Assembly: GCA_014381485.1 (NCBI GenBank)
Contig: JACNLN010000087.1
Location: 1 to 42,964 of the forward strand
Source of the DNA: Fidelibacterota bacterium
GTDB taxonomy: Bacteria; Fidelibacterota; Marinisomatia; Marinisomatales; CAZVFT01
Length of the DNA stretch: 42,964 nt
Direction of reading: 5' to 3'
Part shown: one piece after another, positions 1 to 9,100 of the stretch
Layout of the letters: each line of letters begins with the position of its first letter
Position numbering within the stretch: position 1 is the first letter of the stretch
The notes under the pieces: generated by a model
The model's database searches: none
Told to the model about the DNA's origin: nothing
The model's input: only the letters and a program-made list of their open reading frames with translations
Translations under genes and position numbers: made by a program

Positions 1-109
1 GGAACTTCCGACGAAAGTTTTTGTAGCGAAGATATGAAAATGTTAAATTTTTACGTATGTTTAACATAGACACAATGAATAGATGTCTTTTACACGAGTT
101 AAGGAAATT

Positions 110-180
110 TGGGGAGTCGTCTAATGGTAGGACAGCGGATTCTGGTTCCGTAAGTGAGGGTTCAACTCCTTCCTCCCCAG
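110..180 (+). tRNA. tRNA-Gln (anticodon CTG)
   Basis: Cloverleaf read by eye. Acceptor TGGGGAG/CTCCCCA, with the U1-A72 pair typical of bacterial tRNA-Gln. Anticodon stem GCGGA/TCCGT, loop TTCTGGT. T-arm GAGGG-TTCAACT-CCTTC. CCA is not encoded. Confidence 0.88.
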
Positions 181-272
181 CAGATGCACCCGTAGCTTCC
201 CGATCTATCAGGATATTGAGCAATTCGGTATTTTGATATCAGGAAGGTTATGAGGAAGATGTACAAAAGTTT

Positions 273-344
273 GCCCAGTTAGTTCAATGGATAGAACACG
301 TGGCTACGGACCATGAGATAGGGGTTCGAATCCTCTACTGGGTA
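273..344 (+). tRNA. tRNA-Arg (anticodon ACG)
   Basis: Acceptor GCCCAGT/ACTGGGT (G1-U72 wobble). D-arm GTTC-AATGGATA-GAAC. Anticodon stem CGTGG/CCATG, loop CTACGGA. T-arm AGGGG-TTCGAAT-CCTCT. Confidence 0.88.
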
Positions 345-427
345 CTTGATAGATAATGCATTTGTCCAAGGGTTAGAGCGTCCCGACACGTCGGGATAAC
401 ATGGGCTTTTTTAACATATTGAATTAT

Positions 428-502
428 GGCGCGTTCGTCTAGGGGTTAGGACGTCGGCCTCTCAAGCCGGAAACACGGGTTCGATTCCCGTACGCGCTAC
501 CA
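428..502 (+). tRNA. tRNA-Glu (anticodon CTC), CCA encoded
   Basis: Acceptor GGCGCGT/ACGCGCT. TTCGTCTAGGGG D-region typical of tRNA-Glu. Anticodon stem TCGGC/GCCGG, loop CTCTCAA. T-arm ACGGG-TTCGATT-CCCGT. Discriminator A at 499, then CCA at 500-502. Confidence 0.88.
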
Positions 503-946
503 ATGATATATGCAAAGGCCAACCTACGCTAAAGCTTCGGTAGACAGGCAAAGGCGGAGGAGTCTTAAGGGAAAAGGGGTAACTAATGGTTTATGGGTAT
601 AAGGGTATACGGTATAAGGTATAGGGGTAGCTAGTCCACGGATTTCACCCTTAAGGGTTTTAAAAAGTGACAGATTTATCAACATGCTTCCCTACTTTCT
701 TTAAAAGGCTAAAGCCTAAACTCCGTTATAAATCCCGAAAGGGTCACTAACGAAGGCACGGCTCCCCTGTGCAAGAGCTTCGGGGAGCAAGCGCCCCATT
801 CAAGGATCAGTGACGGTTTACTCTTATATTAAGTCTTTACTTTAGTGTAAAAAATAATTTGTTATTTAAATTTATTTTATTTAAAATTAGAGACTATATT
901 GCTTTATTAAATTTTATACACATTATGTTGATGAAAAAATATTTAT

Positions 947-974
947 TTGAAAATGGATGGTATGTCTCTATTAA
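947..974 (+). promoter_or_regulatory. Candidate sigma70-type promoter for the tRNA(Thr-Tyr-Gly-Thr)-tuf operon
   Basis: TTGAAA (947-952), a 16-nt spacer, then TATTAA (969-974). It follows a very AT-rich tract of about 120 bp (830-946, UP-element-like) and lies about 55 nt upstream of tRNA-Thr. This is a pattern match only. Confidence 0.25.
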
Positions 975-1027
975 CAGGTGAATGTCACTGGGTGGAATTT
1001 CGTGATGCCACCATAGAGTCCCGACAT

Positions 1028-1100
1028 GCCGATATAGCTCAACTGGGAGAGCAGCTGATTTGTAATCAGCAGGTTGGGGGTTCGAGTCCCTCTATCGGCT
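1028..1100 (+). tRNA. tRNA-Thr (anticodon TGT)
   Basis: Acceptor GCCGATA/TATCGGC. D-arm AGCTCAACTGGGAGAGC. Anticodon stem GCTGA/TCAGC, loop TTTGTAA. T-arm GGGGG-TTCGAGT-CCCTC. Confidence 0.92.
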
Positions 1101-1259
1101 CTGATGCATGTCGGGATAATCAGCAGGCTGAGGGTTCTTCCACAGGAACTTCCTTGATCCGCAGGATCTCTCCAAAGGAGTCCTTCGTGACCTTTGGAGG
1201 AGGAGTCTCTCCGGTGGCTCAATGGCCTAGAGGGATAATTTGAATCGATCTGAAAATTT

Positions 1260-1342
1260 GGGGAGGTGGCAGAGCGGTCAAATGCACCAGACTGTAAATC
1301 TGGCGGCGAAAGCCTTCGGTGGTTCAAATCCATCTCTCCCCA
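1260..1342 (+). tRNA. tRNA-Tyr (anticodon GTA), class II with long variable arm
   Basis: Acceptor GGGGAGG/TCTCCCC. Anticodon stem CCAGA/TCTGG, loop CTGTAAA. Variable arm contains GGC-GAAA-GCC. T-arm GGTGG-TTCAAAT-CCATC. Confidence 0.9.
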
Positions 1343-1468
1343 CACAATAATGGAAAAATATAGATATTCTTCTAAGGTTCATGTCTGTTATGATAACAAC
1401 TGTATGGGTGTAACTTCATGAATGGAATAGGGAATAGAACGTCAGTTTTCTCCGCATATCAAGAAAAT

Positions 1469-1541
1469 GCGGTGGTAGCTCAGTTGGTAGAGCATCAGCC
1501 TTCCAAGCTGAGGGTCGCGAGTTCGAACCTCGTCCGCCGCT
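1469..1541 (+). tRNA. tRNA-Gly (anticodon TCC)
   Basis: Acceptor GCGGTGG/CCGCCGC. D-region TAGCTCAGTTGGTAGAGCA. Anticodon stem TCAGC/GCTGA, loop CTTCCAA. T-arm GCGAG-TTCGAAC-CTCGT. Confidence 0.92.
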
Positions 1542-1563
1542 CACAATGGAAATCACCGGGCAG

Positions 1564-1585
1564 TCAAGCTGAGGGTCGAGAGTTC
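1564..1585 (+). pseudogene. Remnant of a tRNA-Gly 3' half (anticodon-stem to T-arm segment)
   Basis: TCAAGCTGAGGGTCGAGAGTTC matches CCAAGCTGAGGGTCGCGAGTTC of the intact tRNA-Gly (1503-1524) at 20 of 22 positions, including a 14-nt identical run. No acceptor or D-arm is present. Confidence 0.6.
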
Positions 1586-1645
1586 CCTGTCAGATAGACA
1601 GGTTACTTGCTCGAATATTTTTATATCAGGCACATTAATTCTTGT

Positions 1646-1718
1646 GCCTACGTAGCTCAGTCGGTAGAGCACGTCCTTGGTAAGGACGGGGTCACCGGTT
1701 CAAGTCCGGTCGTAGGCT
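1646..1718 (+). tRNA. tRNA-Thr (anticodon GGT)
   Basis: Acceptor GCCTACG/CGTAGGC. Anticodon stem CGTCC/GGACG, loop TTGGTAA. T-arm ACCGG-TTCAAGT-CCGGT. Confidence 0.92.
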
Positions 1719-1738
1719 CAATTAACTGATATTAATTA

Positions 1739-2963
1739 GGAGGAACAGCACAATGGCAAAGGAGAAATTTTCGAGGACGAAGCCTCACTTAAATATAGGG
1801 ACGATAGGTCATGTAGATCATGGGAAGACGACATTGACGGCAGCGATGACGTTATATTTAAGCAAGCGTGGTTTAGCAGAGGCTCGGACGTTTGATAGTA
1901 TTGATAGTGCTCCTGAGGAGCGGGAGCGAGGATTAACGATACAGACGGCACATGTGGAGTATGAGACGGATAATCGTCATTATGCACACATAGATTGTCC
2001 GGGACATGCAGATTACATCAAGAATATGATAACGGGAGCGGCACAGATGGATGGATCTGTATTGGTAGTATCGGCGGCAGATGGTCCAATGCCCCAGACA
2101 CGTGAGCATGTATTATTAGCACGTCAGGTAAATGTTCCGGCTATTGTGGTATTTATGAACAAGACGGATCAGGTAGATGATCCGGAGTTACTGGAGTTAG
2201 TGGAGTTGGAGTTGCGTGAGTTATTGGATGAGTACAATTTTCCTGGTGATGAGATACCGATAATACAGGGTAGTGCGTTGGAGGCGTTGAGCAATCCAGA
2301 GGATGAGGAGTTGACTCGGTGTATAGTGGAGTTATTGGATGCGATAGACAGTTACATACCGGAGCCGGAGCGAGATATAGACAGGCCATTTTTGATGCCT
2401 GTGGAGGATGTATTCAGTATTACGGGACGAGGTACGGTAGGTACAGGAAGGATAGAGCGTGGGATAATAAAGGTAGGTGATTCGGTAGAGATAGTGGGAT
2501 TAGGAGAGACGAGTAAGACGGTAGTGACGGGAGTAGAGATGTTTCGTAAGATATTGGATGAGGGTCAGGCTGGAGATAATGCTGGTTTATTGTTGAGGGG
2601 AGTGGATAAGGATGATTTAAAGCGAGGTCAGGTTATATCGGCGGTAGGAAGTATCACGCCCCACACGAAGTTTGAGGCGAAGGTATATGTATTGAAGAAG
2701 GAGGAGGGAGGTCGTCACACGCCCTTTTTTGAGGGATATCGGCCTCAGTTTTATTTTCGAACGACAGATGTGACGGGCGTGGTGAGTTTGCCTGAGGGAG
2801 TAGAGATGGTGATGCCAGGAGATAATGTAAACGTTAAAGTGGAGTTGATAACACCGATAGCGATGGAGAAGGAGTTGAGGTTTGCGATTCGTGAGGGTGG
2901 TCACACCGTTGGAGCTGGAGTCGTGACGGATATTCTTGAGTAAGGAGAATCAAATTGGCTGGA
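1739..2963 (+). repeat. Direct repeat copy 1 (about 1225 bp): SD, tuf, the downstream SD and the first 3 codons of the next gene
   Basis: The sequence from GGAGGAACAGCACAATG through TAAGGAGAATCAAATTGGCTGGA is shared with 17240-18464. Both 396-aa translations are identical. Antisense ORFs in other frames (78 aa and 95 aa) are also identical between the copies. Spot checks of several lines matched exactly. Confidence 0.9.
1753..2943 (+). CDS. tuf: Elongation factor Tu (copy 1)
   Basis: 396-aa ORF with [10 protein letters not shown] (P-loop), DCPGH and NKTD GTPase motifs, and full-length EF-Tu similarity. It sits downstream of the Thr-Tyr-Gly-Thr tRNAs, as tufB does in E. coli. AGGAGG SD lies upstream. 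Confidence 0.99.
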   Translation: MAKEKFSRTKPHLNIGTIGHVDHGKTTLTAAMTLYLSKRGLAEARTFDSIDSAPEERERGLTIQTAHVEYETDNRHYAHIDCPGHADYIKNMITGAAQMDGSVLVVSAADGPMPQTREHVLLARQVNVPAIVVFMNKTDQVDDPELLELVELELRELLDEYNFPGDEIPIIQGSALEALSNPEDEELTRCIVELLDAIDSYIPEPERDIDRPFLMPVEDVFSITGRGTVGTGRIERGIIKVGDSVEIVGLGETSKTVVTGVEMFRKILDEGQAGDNAGLLLRGVDKDDLKRGQVISAVGSITPHTKFEAKVYVLKKEEGGRHTPFFEGYRPQFYFRTTDVTGVVSLPEGVEMVMPGDNVNVKVELITPIAMEKELRFAIREGGHTVGAGVVTDILE

Positions 2964-3119
2964 AGGAGTAAAAGAACAACGATAACATTGCAAAGTACTG
3001 CTGGTACAGGATATCGATATACTACCACAAAAAATAAGCAAAATCATCCTGAACGTGTGGAGTATAAAAAGTACGATCCTGTTGCCAAAAAGCATGTGAT
3101 TTTTAAGGAAACTCGGTAA
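2955..3119 (+). CDS. rpmG: 50S ribosomal protein L33
   Basis: Hand-translated; too short for the ORF track. TTG start, translation [54 protein letters not shown]. It matches the L33 signature (STAGTG.(F/Y)YTT.KN, K(F/Y)DP). GGAG SD lies upstream. The position between tuf and tRNA-Trp/secE is conserved. Confidence 0.88.
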   Translation: MAGRSKRTTITLQSTAGTGYRYTTTKNKQNHPERVEYKKYDPVAKKHVIFKETR

Positions 3120-3197
3120 AATAGAGATTTTGGTGGTATTCAGATGAGTAATTCAATTAGTAGAAACTTGGTATCCCCGCTTTCTTTTGGAGGAATT

Positions 3198-3270
3198 AGG
3201 TGAGTAGCTCAATTGGTAGAGCCCCGGTCTCCAAAACCGGTGGTTGCGGGTTCAAGTCCTGCCTCACCTG
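3198..3270 (+). tRNA. tRNA-Trp (anticodon CCA)
   Basis: Acceptor AGGTGAG/CTCACCT. Anticodon stem CCGGT/ACCGG, loop CTCCAAA. T-arm GCGGG-TTCAAGT-CCTGC. It occupies the classic position upstream of secE-nusG. Confidence 0.92.
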
Positions 3271-3288
3271 CAGATCATTTTGAGATAG

Positions 3289-3480
3289 ATGTTTAAGATA
3301 TTTAAAAAAATAAGTCAGTTTTTAAGTAGTGTACAGTTTGAGTTGAAGAAAGTATCCTGGCCTAACTGGGATGAACTTAGAGGATCTACTATTGTGGTAC
3401 TTTCTCTTTCTCTTATGTTATGTATATTTCTATTCTTTATTGATCAGATTCTTTCAAGAATTGTAAATGTGATTTTATAA
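3289..3480 (+). CDS. secE: Preprotein translocase subunit SecE
   Basis: 63-aa ORF with an E.KKV.WP motif followed by a single TM helix. It lies immediately upstream of nusG. Confidence 0.88.
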   Translation: MFKIFKKISQFLSSVQFELKKVSWPNWDELRGSTIVVLSLSLMLCIFLFFIDQILSRIVNVIL

Positions 3481-3481
3481 T

Positions 3482-4009
3482 ATGGATTGGTATTCAGTTA
3501 GAGTTATTTCTGGTAGGGAAAAAAAGATTAGGGAAGCAGTACTTCGCGAGGCCGAACATAATAATCTAACGGATTTTATTGGGGATATACTTGTTCCTTC
3601 TGAGAATGTTATTGAGATGAGAGATGGTAAAAAAAGAGTGAAAGAAAAATTATTTTACCCGGGTTATTTACTGATAAATATGACACTTACAAATGAGACA
3701 AAATATTATATTGAAAATATCGCTGGTGTTATCAATTTTATTGGTTCCAAAGACAATCCTCACCCGTTGAGAGATGAGGAGGTAAAACGTATACTCGGCG
3801 AGGTGGAAAGTTTGGATGGTCGTGAGGTAATTGGGACTAAGTTTAAAACAGGTGATGCTATAAAAGTAATTGATGGACCTTTTATCGATTTTACTGGATT
3901 TGTTCATAATGTGAATGAAGAAAAACAGAAAGTTAAGGTGACCGTCTCAATTTTTGGGCGTCCAACTCCTGTTGAGCTAGATTATCTCCAGGTAGAAAAA
4001 GAAAAGTAA
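3482..4009 (+). CDS. nusG: Transcription termination/antitermination factor NusG
   Basis: 175 aa. WY.V....G.E NGN start and a C-terminal KOW motif (GD.I.V.DGPF..F.G.V). secE-nusG-rplK synteny. Confidence 0.95.
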   Translation: MDWYSVRVISGREKKIREAVLREAEHNNLTDFIGDILVPSENVIEMRDGKKRVKEKLFYPGYLLINMTLTNETKYYIENIAGVINFIGSKDNPHPLRDEEVKRILGEVESLDGREVIGTKFKTGDAIKVIDGPFIDFTGFVHNVNEEKQKVKVTVSIFGRPTPVELDYLQVEKEK

Positions 4010-4017
4010 GAATAACG

Positions 4018-4440
4018 ATGGCAAAAAAGATTAGAACAACACTTAAACTTCAAATACGTGCAGGTCAAGCAAATCCTGCACCACCTGTAGGTCCTGCTTT
4101 AGGTCAACACGGTGTGAATATTATGGATTTCTGTAAAACATTTAATGAGCGGACGAAGGAAAACAGAGGGACGATTATTCCTGTAGTGATCACAGTATAT
4201 CAGGATCGTTCCTTTACATTTGTAACCAAGACTCCACCTGCTGCTGTCTTGATTAAGAAAGCTGCAGGAATTAGTAAAGGTTCTGGAGAACCCAATCGAG
4301 AGAAAGTTGGGAAGATATCGGAATCGGATATTCGCTCTATTGCTGAAACGAAGATGCCAGACCTAAATGCAAATTCCGTTGAAACAGCAACAGAAATGAT
4401 TCGAGGAACAGCAAGAAGTATGGGAATTGAGGTCGAATAA
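4018..4440 (+). CDS. rplK: 50S ribosomal protein L11
   Basis: 140 aa. Contains [21 protein letters not shown], the L11 signature. Confidence 0.98.
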   Translation: MAKKIRTTLKLQIRAGQANPAPPVGPALGQHGVNIMDFCKTFNERTKENRGTIIPVVITVYQDRSFTFVTKTPPAAVLIKKAAGISKGSGEPNREKVGKISESDIRSIAETKMPDLNANSVETATEMIRGTARSMGIEVE

Positions 4441-4455
4441 GAAACTGAATAATTT

Positions 4456-5142
4456 ATGAAGCACGGTAAAAAATATAGAACAGTATTAAATAATCTGGAT
4501 AGACATCATCTATATTCACTGGAAGATGCAGTTGCCTTTGTGAAGGAAAACGCTTCTGCTAAATTTAATGAGACTGTGGAGATATCAGTCAATCTTGGTG
4601 TGGATCCAAGGCATGCAGAGCAGAACATTAGAGTAACCACTTCATTACCTTATGGTACTGGTAAAGAGGTGAAAGTATTGGTATTGGCAAAAGGTTCGGC
4701 AGCCAAAGAGGCAAAGGATAACGGGGCTGATTTTGTTGGTGATGATGATTTTATTCAAAAGCTACAGGGTGGATGGACTGATGCGGATGTTATTATTGCC
4801 TCACCGGATATGATGCCCAAAGTAGGAAGACTTGGTAAAATTCTTGGTCCTAAAGGACTGATGCCAAATCCCAAAAGTGGGACAGTTACACCTCAGGTGG
4901 GTAATGCAGTAAAAGAGATTAAAGCGGGTCGTATTGAACTGCGGGTAGATAAATATGGAGTAATTCATGCTCCTGTTGGGAAATGTTCTTTTGAAAATGA
5001 ACAACTTATTGAAAATATAAAATCAGTGATTAGCATGCTCAGGAGACTAAAACCGTCAGTTGTGAAAGGAACATATTTAAAAAAATTAACCATTTCATCA
5101 ACGATGGGACCCGGTGTAAAGATAAACAAAACGACAGTCTAA
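4456..5142 (+). CDS. rplA: 50S ribosomal protein L1
   Basis: 228 aa with L1-family similarity (FNETVE......LGVDPR, GLMPNPK.GTVT). Lies between rplK and rplJ. Confidence 0.97.
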   Translation: MKHGKKYRTVLNNLDRHHLYSLEDAVAFVKENASAKFNETVEISVNLGVDPRHAEQNIRVTTSLPYGTGKEVKVLVLAKGSAAKEAKDNGADFVGDDDFIQKLQGGWTDADVIIASPDMMPKVGRLGKILGPKGLMPNPKSGTVTPQVGNAVKEIKAGRIELRVDKYGVIHAPVGKCSFENEQLIENIKSVISMLRRLKPSVVKGTYLKKLTISSTMGPGVKINKTTV

Positions 5143-5152
5143 TAGGTAAACT

Positions 5153-5671
5153 ATGCCATCAGAAAATAATATTGAAGTTGTAGCTGCTATGAAAGAGAAG
5201 TTTGAGAATGCCACCGGGGTATATTTTACTGATTTTATGGGGTTAAATGTTTCTGAGGTTACCGATCTTCGAAAGAAGTTTTACAGTGAAGGGGTTGAAT
5301 ATCTTGTTGTAAAAAATACATTGGTGAAACTTGCTTCTAAAGATCTCAAGATAAAAGAGTTAGAAGATATTTTTAGAGGTCCCACAGCTATTGCATTTTC
5401 ATATCAAGATCCAACGACACCAGCCAGAGTTTTAAAAGAATTTAAGAAAGAACACGATTTACCAGAGTTAAAAGCACTTATCTTTGAAGGAGAGTTAATG
5501 GACAAATCTTTGTTTGAGAAGATTTCCAATTTGCCTTCAAGAGAAGTATTGCTGTCAAATCTGGTTGGTGGATTAAATTCACCTATGACAAAGTTTGTAA
5601 CTACGATTAGCAGTCCTATATCGAAACTGTTAAACGTATTGAGCAGCATTAAAGAAACGAAACAAACATAG
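5153..5671 (+). CDS. rplJ: 50S ribosomal protein L10
   Basis: 172 aa with L10-like sequence. Lies immediately upstream of rplL. Confidence 0.93.
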   Translation: MPSENNIEVVAAMKEKFENATGVYFTDFMGLNVSEVTDLRKKFYSEGVEYLVVKNTLVKLASKDLKIKELEDIFRGPTAIAFSYQDPTTPARVLKEFKKEHDLPELKALIFEGELMDKSLFEKISNLPSREVLLSNLVGGLNSPMTKFVTTISSPISKLLNVLSSIKETKQT

Positions 5672-5692
5672 AGTATCAGGAGGAAACTGAAA

Positions 5693-6082
5693 ATGGCGAC
5701 TAAAGTGACACGTGATGACGTTCTTAAGTACTTGGAAAAAGCCAATATGCTTGAGATATCTGAACTTATTTCCGAGATTGAGGAGAAATTTGGAGTTACT
5801 GCTTCAGCCCCAATTGCTGTTGCAGCTGCTGGTTCCGCTACTGCTGGTGAAGCAGAAACTGCCGAGGAGAAAGTTAGCTTTGATGTCATCCTATCGGTAG
5901 TGGGAGATAAGAAGATTCAGGTGATTAAGGTGGTACGAGAAGTTACTGACCTTGGACTAAAAGAAGCTAAGGACCTTGTTGAGGGTGCACCTAAAGCAGT
6001 AAGGGAAGGTATGTTGAAGGAAGAAGCTGAAGGAATTAAGAGTAAGTTGGAAGAAGTTGGAGCGAGCGTCGAACTGAAGTAG
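5693..6082 (+). CDS. rplL: 50S ribosomal protein L7/L12
   Basis: 129 aa. Ala-rich hinge and C-terminal [20 protein letters not shown] motif. Confidence 0.98.
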   Translation: MATKVTRDDVLKYLEKANMLEISELISEIEEKFGVTASAPIAVAAAGSATAGEAETAEEKVSFDVILSVVGDKKIQVIKVVREVTDLGLKEAKDLVEGAPKAVREGMLKEEAEGIKSKLEEVGASVELK

Positions 6083-6178
6083 GCAATGAATCAAGTCTCT
6101 TTTTCTTAATAATGGTAACTTTTTGAGTTAAGGAATGCTTTTCTCAGAATGAGATAAAATCAATTTGGAGGATCTGGT

Positions 6179-9100
6179 TTGACACCAAATTCAAAATATA
6201 AATTAAAAAGACAATCGTTTGCTAATATCAAGAGTATTATAGATATGCCAGATCTTCTGGATGTACAGATTAGGTCTTTTAAACAGTTCACCCAAGAAGA
6301 TATAAAAGAAGATGAACGCGAACTTATTGGATTGGAACAGGTTTTTCGTAATGCATTTCCTATTGAGGATAATCATAAAAATTACATTCTTGAATATAAA
6401 AATTACTATTTAGGGCTTCCTAAATATAATCCAGATGAGTGTATAGAACGGGGGGTTACATATTCTGTTCCATTAAAAGTTCGCTTAATTCTCCATCTGA
6501 CCGATGAATATGATAAATCAAAATATGCTCAAAGTATCGAACAGGATGTATATTTTGGTAATCTACCCCATATGACTGAAAGAGGAACATTCATTATAAA
6601 TGGGGCTGAAAGGGTTATAGTTAATCAGTTACAGCGATCTCCGGGTGTGTTTTTTGATGAGCATATTCATCCAAATGGGACAAAGTTGTTTCAAGCTCGT
6701 GTTATACCATCGCGTGGATCATGGGTCGATTTTACCACCGATATTGCTGATTGTATTTTTGTCATTATTGATCGGAGAAGAAAATTTCCTGTTACTACAC
6801 TCCTTAGAGCATTAGGATTTTCCAGTAATGCAGATATTTTTCGTGCCTTTAACCTGATTAAAAAGGTCAATATAAAGTCAAAAGTTGCTGAAAAATTTAT
6901 AGGTGCAAGAGTAGCCAATGATGTTATTAATGTGGAAACAGGAGAAATATTTTGTGAGGATGGGGCTGAAGTTACTGTAGAACTCTTGGAGGAACTTAAA
7001 AAGACCTCGACTAAGACCATTGAGGTAGCTCAAGTTCATGACGAATTAGCAGCGGAAATTTTTGCTAATACGATGAAGAAGGATCCCACGAAAAATATGG
7101 AAGAAGCACTTAGATTAATGTATCAACATATACGTTCTGGTGAACCCCCTAATCTGGAAACAGCTCAGAAATTTATTGAGAGGATGTTTTTCAGTCCCAA
7201 ACGTTATGATCTTGGTAAGGTTGGACGATATCGTATTAATAAGCAGTTTGATTTGAATGTTCCTCTTGATAACACAATCCTGACCACAGATGATCTTACT
7301 ATGATTATTCAATATCTTATTGAAATGCGAATGGGTCAACGAGGACCTGACGATATTGACCATCTGGGTAATCGCAGGATGAAAACGGTTTGTGAGCAAT
7401 TGACCAATCAATTTATGATCGCTATGACTCGTATGATTCGCAACGTACGTGAAAGGATGAATTTACGGGAGGCTGAGAGTTTAACACCTCAAGATCTTAT
7501 TAATTCAAGAGTTGTCACGACGGTAATTAACACATTTTTTGGTACCAGCCAGTTGAGCCAATTTATGGACCAAACAAATCCTTTGGCTGAGATCACTCAC
7601 AAACGGAGAGTTTCTGCTCTTGGTCCTGGGGGATTAACTCGAGAGCGGGCTGGTTTTGAAGTGCGTGATGTTCATTACACACATTATAGTCGTCTCTGTC
7701 CAATTGAAACACCAGAAGGTCCTAATATTGGTCTAATCTCGTCTCTAGCGATGTTTGCAGATGTGAATGATTTGGGATTCATTGAGGCTCCTTATCGAGT
7801 GGTCAAACATCAAAATGACAAAGATGCTTTTGTTACCCAGGAAATAAAATACCTTTCCGCTGAAGATGAGGATAGATCAATCATAGCACAGCCCAATATT
7901 GCAGTTGACGAAAAAGGTAAAATTGTAGAATCACAAGTAAGAGCAAGGATTAAGGGTGATTTTCCAATTGTTAATCCTGAGGAAATCCAGTATATGGATG
8001 TAGTTCCTCAACAGGTTTTAAGTGTAGCTGCTTCCCTTATTCCGTTTTTAGAACATGATGATGCAAATCGTGCTCTGATGGGCTCAAATATGCAACGTCA
8101 GGCTGTACCGTTACTGAATCCGGAAGCGCCCATAGTAGGAACGGGTATGGAAAAGGTAATAGTACATGATTCCAGGGGAACGATCTATTCACCAGTTGAA
8201 GGTGTTGTTGAATCTGTAGATGCAGAGAAGATTGTTATTCGATCTGACAATATTCCTGATGATATTATAATTACACATGAGGATGAGAAAAATTTAATCC
8301 ACATTTCTTTAAAGAAATACCGCCGTTCTAACCAGGATACCTGTATTGATCAAAGACCAGTTGTTAGTGAAGGACAAAAAGTAAAAATTGGCGATCTTTT
8401 GGCTGATGGAACTGCAGTTAGAAGAGGTGAGTTGGCACTGGGGAGGAATCTACTTGTCGCGTTTATGCCGTGGTGGGGTTATAATTTTGAAGATGCTATA
8501 GTCGTCACCGAACGGTTGGTAAAAGACGATATATTCACATCGGTGTCTGTTTCAGAAATAGAGCTTGAGGTTCGAGATACAAAACGGGGTGAAGAGGAAC
8601 TTACCAGTGAAATTCCTAATGTGAGTGAAGAAAACACAAAGGATCTTGATGAAAATGGGGTTATCCGTGTAGGAGCCAGGGTGAAGCCTGGTGATATTAT
8701 TGTTGGAAAGGTGACACCAAAAGGTGAGACAGATCCAACCCCTGAAGAGAAGCTATTAAGGGCTATTTTTGGTGAAAAAGCTGGGGATGTTAAGGATGCA
8801 TCCAAAAAAGCTGAACACGGTATCGATGGTGTAGTAACCAGGACACGACTTTTTGAGAGAAAGAGAAAGGGATCACGTGTACAGGAACATAAAATTATTG
8901 CACAGCTTCAAGAGGATGTTAGAAAAGCTAAAAAACAGCTAAAGATGAGGAGAGACAAACGATTAAAACAGCTAATGGAGAATCAGACTTCAGCTGGATT
9001 AAGAGATAAAGCTACGAGCAAGACCATTATTAAAGCCTCTACGAAACTTACAGAAAAAAGGTTGAGAGATCTCGATTATGAGAGAATTAAACGAGAGAAA

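Noticed and set aside
379-412. Intrinsic terminator after tRNA-Arg (the TCCCGACACGTCGGGA hairpin with a downstream T-run)
   Set aside because: The T-tract (405-410) begins about 10 nt after the stem rather than abutting it. The same hairpin recurs elsewhere in non-terminator contexts, so I treat it as a member of the repeat family instead.
947-1345. ORFs 947-1243 (+, 98 aa) and 971-1345 (-, 124 aa)
   Set aside because: Both run straight through tRNA-Thr(TGT) and, for the minus-strand ORF, tRNA-Tyr as well, plus the structured spacer. No family resemblance was found. They are open frames by chance in RNA-coding DNA.
1736-3095. Antisense ORFs within and just after tuf copy 1 (1736-1987, 2153-2389, 2617-2904, 2834-3028, 2901-3095), with duplicates in copy 2 (17156-17488, 17654-17890, 18118-18405)
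   Set aside because: Their translations are low-complexity and Pro/Ser/His/Leu-rich. They are the expected by-product of the purine-ending codon bias of tuf, which leaves few stop codons on the complement. The last two also overlap rpmG. No start context or homology was found.
5404-5889. 161-aa antisense ORF spanning the rplJ-rplL junction, and the 5712-5900 (+) frame-shifted ORF
   Set aside because: Both overlap two strongly supported ribosomal protein genes. Their composition is Ser/Ala-rich from the complement of the Ala/Glu-rich L7/L12 hinge. No independent support was found.
6083-6178. Expected rplL-rpoB attenuator or terminator
   Set aside because: E. coli has an attenuator in this position, but I found no convincing GC-rich stem plus U-run in the 96-nt spacer. 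It contains only a 4-bp CTCA-GAA-TGAG hairpin.
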